Positions 55,554-64,000 of a DNA stretch of 64,000 bases are shown piece by piece. Below the pieces are notes generated by a model. That model made no database searches and had not been told where the DNA came from. It saw only the letters and a program-made list of their open reading frames with translations. Within the stretch, counting starts at the first letter, position 1, and the number at the start of each line of letters is the position of its first letter. Origin of the DNA: Eledone cirrhosa (taxonomy: Eukaryota). The stretch is from positions 223,572,001 through 223,636,000 of the forward strand of contig OZ024743.1 of NCBI GenBank assembly GCA_964016885.1. Reading direction: 5' to 3'. The position numbers and the translations under genes are program-made.

Positions 55554-56836
55554 CTGTGACACTGTCTATGATGGTCAAATAGTTTTGAAAATAATCAAGA
55601 ATTTTCCATTATTAAACTTGTATTAGCGCTATATATGGTGTGTTAAAAAGACAAGTGGGAGTACATACTTGGTAGTGGTGGTGGTGGTGGTGGTAGTAGT
55701 ATGAGGAAGTATGTGGCAAAAGTCTTTGCAGGTGATGATAGAGTTAAGGTTGTTTTGACATTCTAGAAATATTAAAAAGTGATGGAAAGGAATTCATTGT
55801 GTGTGGGGATGGTAGAGGATATTGAATGTTAAACTGTGTGACACGAGCGGAAGAGGTATATATATGAACAAAGGAATATTGTGTTGCTGACCTGTCTGTA
55901 GGAGGGAGTTTAGAGAAGTTTCACCTTACATTTTGTACCACTTGGAACTGTGTAAAAGTTGAGATGAAGATCACCTTACTGGAAGAATGCCTGCTTGGCA
56001 GGTGTGTGTGTGTGAGGAGAGACTTAAATTCCTCTTTCAACTGATGGTAGAACATTACATGTCACTTGGCATTGATGTCGGAATTTAGTATAGGTGCTGA
56101 GTTTATAATTTTGATTATCTGGATGGTCTTATTTTGTGAATAACTTCAGGTTTGTTTCTAGATATATTTACATTTAGTTTAGGTATTTGTTGGTCTTATT
56201 AATGTTCACGCATGCACTATATTCTACACATATAAAAAAACTTGTACACACACAATATATTGTGTATATATTAACTATAACATGTACACACACAACAATA
56301 CATTGTGTATATATAAACTATAACATGTATACACAAAGACATATACAAATTACTCTCCTTTCCCTGCAATTACTCTCGTTTATACAACAGAAATTAGTTA
56401 CCACTATATGTAGCTCCATCAATGTAACTCCATCAATGCTAAATGAATCACTTCTACAATCAATAATCATCCAGATATTAAATATTTGTATATTTTGGTT
56501 GTTTTCTATCATTTCTAATAAATATAAGTATAATGGAGGCTGTTTATGAACTTTATTCACAGTTGTATAAATAACATTACAAATACATAAATAACATCAC
56601 AAATTGCTCACAATTCTTTCAGAATAACATTGCAAATATGTCATTGATAAACACAAATATAAAAGTTTAAAAGAAAGAAAGAAAAGATTTAAAAAATAAA
56701 TTAAAGGGGGAAGCAAAAACAAAACGACCATCAATTCACCACCAAGTGCAACAATTGGCCGCACATCACATCATAAGGGTTAACTAAACAGATTGAGGCA
56801 AGCCAATACACTCGCAGCATTACCATGGGTGCTGGT

Positions 56837-57580
56837 GAGGTTAAGGTGCTGAAACAACCAGGCACCCTCACGGGCAACACTTGATACCTCAGTAAGGCGA
56901 GGCTAAGGTGCTGAAATAACCAGGCACCCTCACGGGCAACACTTGATACCTCAGTAAGGCGAGGCTAAGGTGCTGAAATAACCAGGCACCCTCACGGGCA
57001 ACACTTGATACCTCAGTAAGGCAAGGCTAAGGTGCTAAAATAACCAGGCACACTCACGGGCATCACTTGATACCTCAGTAAGGCAAGGCTAAGCTGCTGA
57101 AATAACCAGGCACACTCACGGGCATCACTTGATACCCCAGTAAGGCAAGGCTAAGCTGCTGAAATAACCAGGCACACTCACGGGCAACACTCAATACCTC
57201 AGTAAGGCAAGGCTAAGGTGCTGAAATAACCAGGCACACTCACGGGCATCATTTGATATCTCAGTAAGGCAAGGCTAAGGTGCCGAAACAACCAGGCACA
57301 CTCACGGGCATCACTCAATACCTCAGTAAGTCAAGGCTAAGGTGCTGAAATAACCAGGCACCCTCACGAGCAACACTTGATACCTCAGTAAGGCGAGGCT
57401 AAGGTGCCGAAACAACCAGGCACCCTTACGGGCAACACTTGATACCTCAGTAAGGCGAGGCTAAGGTGCTGAAATAACCATTGCACCCTCACGGGCAACA
57501 CTTGATACCTCAGTAAGGCAAGGCTAAGGTGCCGAAACAACCAGGCTCTCTCACAGGCATCCCTGACACCTCAGTAAGGC
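56837..57580. repeat. 62-bp GC-richer minisatellite, about 12 copies
   Basis: GGCACCCTCACGGGCAACACTTGATACCTCAGTAAGGCGAGGCTAAGGTGCTGAAATAACCA (copies start at 56861, 56923, ...). Confidence 0.95.
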
Positions 57581-57867
57581 TAGCCACCAGCGATGACCAT
57601 TATATCCCAACAATTCAACACAACTGCTAATGTCATTGTGGTTATTGTTGTTATCATCATTATCATTATATATGATAGTGAGTTAGTTGTTGTTGGTGTT
57701 TAACCCTAAGTTAACTCTGATCATGCAGATCTAGGATTAAAGGCAATCCAGCCATGGTGATCCTGTTGTTTTCATGGAGTGGAATACATTGTCTATGGTG
57801 CCCTCTTTTTTTAAAGATAGCATACAGCACTGTTGCTTTTAAGTTGTGTGTGCTCACTACTGTTCCT

Positions 57868-58322
57868 TTAAGCTTTGCATGTGTACCCTCTAAGCTGTGT
57901 ATCTGTGCCCACCAATGTACCTTTTAAGCTTTGCATGTGTACCCACTAATGTATGCTCTAAGCTGTGTATGTGTCCCCACCAATGTACCTTCTAAGCTGT
58001 GTATGTGTACCCACCAATGTACCCTCTAAGCTGTGTATGTGTACCCACCAATGTACCCTCTAAGCTGTGTATGTGTACCCACCAATGTACCCTCTAAGCT
58101 GTGTATGTGTGCCCACCAATGTACCCTTTAAGATGTGTATGTGTACCCACCAATGTACTCTCTAAGCTGTGTATGTGTGCTCACCAATGTACCCTTTAAG
58201 CTGTGTATGTGTGCCCACCAATGTACCCTCTAAGCTGTACATGTGTACCCACTAATGTACGCTCTAAGCTGTACATGTGTACCCCCAATGTACCCTCTAA
58301 GCTCAGTACCAATGTCCTTAAG
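57868..58322. repeat. 34-bp minisatellite, about 13 copies
   Basis: CTAAGCTGTGTATGTGTACCCACCAATGTACCCT repeated. Confidence 0.93.
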
Positions 58323-58494
58323 CTATGCATGTGTGCAGACAATGGTTCTCTTTTTGCTGTAGATATGCACACACATTTTGCAGCCAGTACAAAAATGAAA
58401 TTGATGTGCACATAAGAAATTATATTTATGCTCAAAAGATTAGTTGCCTGGAATAACATATTTAATAATCATACTTATGTATTTTGTGTGTCTA

Positions 58495-58822
58495 AAGTCT
58501 AAAGTCTGTATCAAGCTAGAAGGCTCATTAGACCTGTGCTTATCTCGGTTTCTTGGGGTGAAGTGACTGAGAATATAAGACTTCTCCCCGGAAAGGATAC
58601 CAGTCCATCACAGGGTTAAAACCCCAGGTATTGCTGATACTCATTTTCAGCTGAGTATACTGAAGCAAACCCATGCAAGCATGGAACACGGACGTTAAAC
58701 GATGATGATGATGATGAATGTGAAATGAAGTATTTTACTCAAGATCACAACATGCAACCCAGCCCAGGACTTGAACCCATAACATTATGATCGTAAGTCC
58801 AACACCCTTACCACTGGGCTAC
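58495..58822 (-). mobile_element. tRNA-derived SINE, interrupted by a short RTE tail (about 58668-58716)
   Basis: - strand has A box TAGCCCAGTGG, B box GGTTCAAGTCC and TCTTGAGTAAAATACTT; terminal TTTAGAC repeats. Confidence 0.72.
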
Positions 58823-61800
58823 GTTATGTGTACATAACTTTTTCTACAAGAAAACAAATTGTTAAAAGCTATTATGGATGTTGATTTGTTGGTTGTTCCA
58901 GAGGAAATGGCAACTTTTAGTAACCAATATGGTTCTTGCAGACATTGAATATAATATATGGAGGAATAGAACAGGATATATGAAGAATTACAATAGGATA
59001 TATGAATAAAGAGACTAAATTACTGTTTTAAAAAGGGGTTATAAATAAACCCAAAACATATATAGATATGTAAAAATACAAAATTGCAAAAGTTCTACAA
59101 CCGTGAACATGAATACAAGTAGATTAGCATCACCAAAATAGATGATTTGAATCTGAAATCAAAATAAGCCTGAGTAATATTATCAAGAATAACTCTGGTA
59201 ATGTATTGGTTGCTAAATTCAGAATAATAGAAACATTGAAAGATACAAATGGGTTGGTACTAACAAAGATATGTTCAACTAGACACAGCTTGAGCAACCA
59301 ATGAAGCATATCTTTACAACACACACATATACACACAAATATAGACAAACTCACACATATATACACACACACTCACTGACACACATATATACACATACAC
59401 ATACATACACACACATATACTTAGTATTAATTACACTTTCCAAAAATACCCCTACATTGCACAATAAACTGCACTACTTAATATAACATGTATATCATAG
59501 CACAACACATACACATCAGCCTAAAGACAGAGTGATGATGGCTTCTATTATATTAAACCTTAAATCATAGTATTGACCTGGGGTTAAACAACAGCAACAG
59601 CTCACTACATAGCACTCTACTTTCACCCTCCAATCACACACATTCACCCTCCTCTCTCTCACTCTCTTGTCTTCTTTTTGGACATCCATTGGTTCCAATG
59701 ACAAGTGTTCCAGTTGATTTGATTAACTGAACAGCTTGCTCATGAAATTAACATGCAAATGGCAGAGCATCAGGGCCAGATTTAGACCACGGAGGGTGTG
59801 AGACAGTACAGGCTTAGTGCCCCACCCTTTACTAAAAAATTATACATAAAAATTATAATACACAGCAAACTCTCAAAATTACATATCATCCCTGCTTTTT
59901 TGCATGTAATTGGAATTGACAAGTTATACATACATACAAATGTTAAATGCAAAAAACTTGCAAGTAATGCATAAATGTAACTTGGAAATAGAGATACATA
60001 CATAAATGTTAAATGAAAATATACAATAAGTAAATGTTAAATATTAAATATAAATGTACTGACATGTTAGTGTCAAGGCTGCCACAAAAATTTTAGCAAA
60101 TAAAAGCTTATGCCAAAACGTATCAAATCCTCCATAATAAGTTTAAATGCATCTATCAATGCAAATTGTTACCTAAATTAAGTACAGTAAATTATACCTA
60201 CTTATAGTGATATGTATCACTACAAAAGTTTTTCTTTTTACATCTGAAAAATCTTTAATTAACTCATCAAACACATTCAGAACACTGCTCTCTACATAAT
60301 GTAGGCAGAGATCACTTAGTACTTTGTGTGTGTTCATGATTCTCAGTTAAATCTTTATAAATATTAATATGCTGAATGATCTCTCTCTCTCTCTTGAACA
60401 CTTACTAACTATGAAGCTCAAATATATTATAAGAACTACTTGGAAAGGTATCAGCAAGCCATTCAGCATGGAGTAACACTGCCTGTTGAGATAGCCTAAG
60501 CCATGACCTGAGTTTGGGAAAGGCTGCAAAATGGACAAATTCTTCCATCACCACACAACTAAACTCACGGAGTAAAGTAGTCATAAGTTTCTCAACTTCA
60601 GTTCTTATCTCTGCATCAAGTAAACTACATAATTTCACTATGGCTTTGAACTTAAGCACTAATTCAGGCTAACCTGCATTTTTGTAAGGCAACAGACAAC
60701 TGATCTAAAATGATATTAATGCATCTGAATTTGTCTGTCTCTTTTAAAAATTATAACGGAGAGATAGCTAGTACTTCAGCTTTGGAAGAACCAGCCTCCA
60801 GGAAAGTCAAATATTTTTCTACTGGCTTCCTAGAAACAACATATCACACAATAACTATTAACTAATCAACATGAGCCTTCCCATTTCAGCAGAGAATATT
60901 TTAAAAGATCATTAGCATACCAGATACTTAAACTTTGCACATAAGAGCCATGTTATTTTGCAAGTCATATTTTTTTTAGGGATATATATGCTACCAAATC
61001 TGGTACTTGTAAATTTTAATTACTTCCATATATCATTCTTAACATATTTTGCCATCAATAGAACAAAGTCAACAAAATTTAATGGACAGAGGTTTGATAA
61101 TGATTACTGAAAATATAGAAGAAAATTTTTGTAATTGAACTGAATATGGGGACAGCCAATGTTACAAAAGGAAGCTTGAGAACTCCAGCATCTTTACATA
61201 GTATGTTTTAATCAAGGAATTAAACTGAATATATTTTAACCATAAACCCTGTAATTTTGACGGGCATTATTCTAGTATTTATATATTTCTAATCTGAAGA
61301 GAATGATGCATTATGCCTCAAATAGATGAGCCTTTTTACTCTAAACTTGTATAAGGAAGTAAAAAGAAAATATCTATTGTATATAAACTTTATTGAGCTT
61401 ACAGACATTATACGTGTTTAAATCTTAGAATATAGGCCTAGTTTTTATCAGGGCATAAGACTTCTAAAAAAGATCCCAAAACTAAAAAAAAAAAAAAAAT
61501 GTAAGCTAAAAGGTACAGTTCAAATACACCATCAAAGTTTCAAATCCTTTTGAGATAGGTGGGGAAAACAGAGAGGTGGTTAGATAGAGACACAGAGGAG
61601 AGAGAGAAATTTACCACAGAATTTCAGTAGTTTATTCTCACCTCTATCGTCACCTAGTTATATATACTTACTATTTTAAAAATTAAAAGCATTTATTAAT
61701 CTTATGTTTGTTGATGTTATTTTAATAGGTTTTAAAATGCAACACTTACAATATACTATCATATCAGATGGCAGCAAAATAATAAGTTACTTATATTTTT

Positions 61801-62107
61801 TTAGCAACAATAACAAACTCAGACAGAGGTAGTAGAGAAAGCCAAGAAAGAAACAGATGAAAGAGAGCGAGAGAAAGAGAGATAGAGAGATGACCATTCC
61901 TTCAAAGAGCCTAGGTCATGTTCAGAATCATTAATCCTGTTGGCTTTATTGTTTGCTAAGAATGTATAACTGCAATGATTGTTCTGAAATATGTAGTAAA
62001 GACAAGCACACACACACATATAATATTCATATATATATATATATGTATGTGTGTGCATGCTTATGTGTGTGTATGTAGGTATACATTCTTTTTAGTAGAC
62101 AATAAAG

Positions 62108-62154
<47 letters not shown>

Positions 62155-62209
62155 GTGAGGTTTATTTTACAAAATGAAAAATAACCGAGGTGTCCTACAC
62201 AAGTGGAAG

Positions 62210-62485
62210 TATAAAGAAAAAGAGATGAAATCGAAAATGCAACTGAAGTCTTATTTTTTTAAAAAATATATATATTTATTTGGTTCCTTTACCGGTTTCG
62301 CAGTTCTTCTGCTTTTCAAAAGGTGAGTTGAGATGGAGGGTCTGTGGTTTTTCTCCCTCCATCTCAACTCACCTTTTGAAAAGCAGAAGAACTGCGAAAC
62401 CGGTAAAGGAACCAAATAAATATATATATTTTTAAAAAAAATAAGACTTCAGTTGCATTTTCGATTTCATCTCTTTTTCTTTATA
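62210..62485. mobile_element. 131-bp inverted repeat with 14-bp spacer carrying two divergent hammerheads (Penelope pLTR-like fold-back)
   Basis: Arms 62210-62340 and 62355-62485; flanked by (TA)n. Confidence 0.85.
62372..62409 (+). ncRNA. Minimal type I hammerhead, U3-A8 variant (mirror copy at 62286-62323 on -)
   Basis: CCUU UUGAAAA GCAG AAGAA CUGC GAAA CCGG UA AAGG; palindromic stem III ACCGGU; GUA triplet. Confidence 0.75.
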
Positions 62486-63119
62486 TATATATATATATAT
62501 ATATATAATGGAAAATTTGAACAGGAACAAAACAGAGAGGCAGTACAACGAATGTTTATTAATTTCACGCTCTTGAGAGTGGGGTGAAAGACATTGAAAC
62601 ACCCACAAATATCTGGCATCTGTTGTCACTTTAGTGGAGAAGTTTTGCTGAATTTTGTGACAACACTGGTTCTATATACATTGTAAAAACATCTCTAATG
62701 TGTCTAAAATATAAAGTCAAATTATCATGAAAGATAGATCCACTGGCAGCTAGGGAGATTCCCATTAACAGTAGGAGTACCCCATTAGGATTATGTGGCA
62801 CACTGACTTTCATGGGAGGGCCCATTTTCATTGGGGTGCCCAGGGGCAACAGCTCTTTCTACCCCCTTTAAATCTGGTCCTGCATGTTCCACACGCATGT
62901 GCCCTTATACAATTCTTAGGGAGATTCGGCATGTGATACGGTGACAAGATTGGCACTTTGAATTACAGGTATAACTATTTTTATTTCAGTATTGGAGTAA
63001 TATGAAGTAAAGTTACTTGATCAAGGACACAACATGCTGCCTGCAATCCAAATATCCTAACCACTAAGTTACAGGCTCCTACACTATACATAGAAATCAT
63101 ATATAAATACACATACACC

Positions 63120-63765
63120 ACCATGTATCTGTCAGACACTATATCTAGGACTACATTATGGATTGTCTCCATTAGACATAGTGTATCTAGGACTACATTA
63201 TCCAATGTATCTGGCAGACACTATATCTAGGACTACATTATGGAATGTTTCCATTAGATATAGTGTATCTAGGGCTACATTATGGAATGCTTTCATCAGA
63301 CACAGTGTATTTAGGACTGTTCTTGGGTCCCAAATAATAGATGGGGTAAAATAAGGTGGGGGTGGAAAATCGGTAATTTTTCTAGGTTGGCTCTTGATAT
63401 TTTTAAATCTGAAAAAATTAATAAGTGATAGGGAGGGGGGGCATGATTTGAAACCCAAAAGTAAATTATCTAATGTATCTGCTAGACACTATCTAGGACC
63501 ACATTATAGAATGTCTCTGTCAAACAGTGTATCTAAGACCACATTGTCCAATGTGTCCATCAGATACTAGATTATAGAATGTCTCCATTTGACATGGTGT
63601 ATCTAGGATTACATTATCCAATGTACCAATCAGATACTACATTATAGAATGTCTTCATCTGACACAGTGTATTTAGGACTACATTATCCAATGTGTCCAT
63701 CAGATACTAGATTATAAAATGTCTCCATTTGACACGGTGTGTGAAAGACTACATTATCCGATGTG
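63120..63765. repeat. Degenerate minisatellite, unit about 40-42 bp, in two blocks
   Basis: Recurrent GACACAGTGTATCTAGGACTACATTATCCAATG motif. Confidence 0.8.
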
Positions 63766-64000
63766 TTCTGTCTTCTAATCTATTTAGTGTCTTTAGAACT
63801 ACTTCATTCAATGAGTCCTGTTTTTTTTCTCCCTTATTTTAAGCTGGTAGATTGTAATTTGAAGATTTTGACATTATTTCTAGCTGGAATACATTGTAGT
63901 AGAGGCCACAGAGAGGCTGGCTAATTTGAGAACACATAAAGAACACATGAAGAGTATTGTAATTACTGTCATAGAGAAGACACAGATAGTGTTATATAGC

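Larger units (their letters stand above)
59771..62882 (-). mobile_element. Decayed hAT-superfamily DNA transposon
   Basis: TIRs CAGGGCCAGATTTA / TAAATCTGGTCCTG; remnant of the hAT C-terminal dimerization motif (IYLSFIVSKCS-ERSFSILIFIK) at about 60350-60450; the two flanks join into one SINE. No intact 8-bp TSD seen. Confidence 0.7.

Noticed and set aside
56837-57580. 62-bp repeat as CRISPR-like or ribozyme repeat
   Set aside because: Head-to-tail units without spacers; the CTGAAAT, CCGAAAC and CTGAGGT words do not assemble into a hammerhead.

Overview
AT-rich, repeat-dense eukaryotic DNA. The repeat complement (RTE LINEs with (GAT)n tails, tRNA-derived SINEs, very long TA microsatellites) suggests a cephalopod such as Octopus, but this is an inference. 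The only host coding signal is one 153-bp minus-strand exon (2900-3052) resembling the N-terminal PH domain of a phospholipase C; the rest may be intron. The main feature is a 16.1-kb array (24852-40959) of about 34.5 near-identical 467-bp units: about 22 in one orientation, then about 13 inverted across a 4-nt hairpin junction. Every unit carries a complete minimal type I hammerhead ribozyme (HHR), can fold into a branched, mostly paired RNA and has an octamer motif, so it looks like a very young non-LTR retrozyme (circRNA) concatemer inserted into a TA-rich microsatellite. Four other distinct type I HHRs occur in the window: a diverged relative at 16.9 kb, two U3-A8 core variants at 21.8 and 62.3 kb, and one downstream of a Penelope-like GIY-YIG endonuclease remnant at 47 kb. 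Also present are a nearly full-length CR1-clade LINE, many RTE fragments, a non-autonomous Helitron, a decayed hAT element, MITEs and several minisatellites. All calls were made by eye; no alignment, folding or database search was run.
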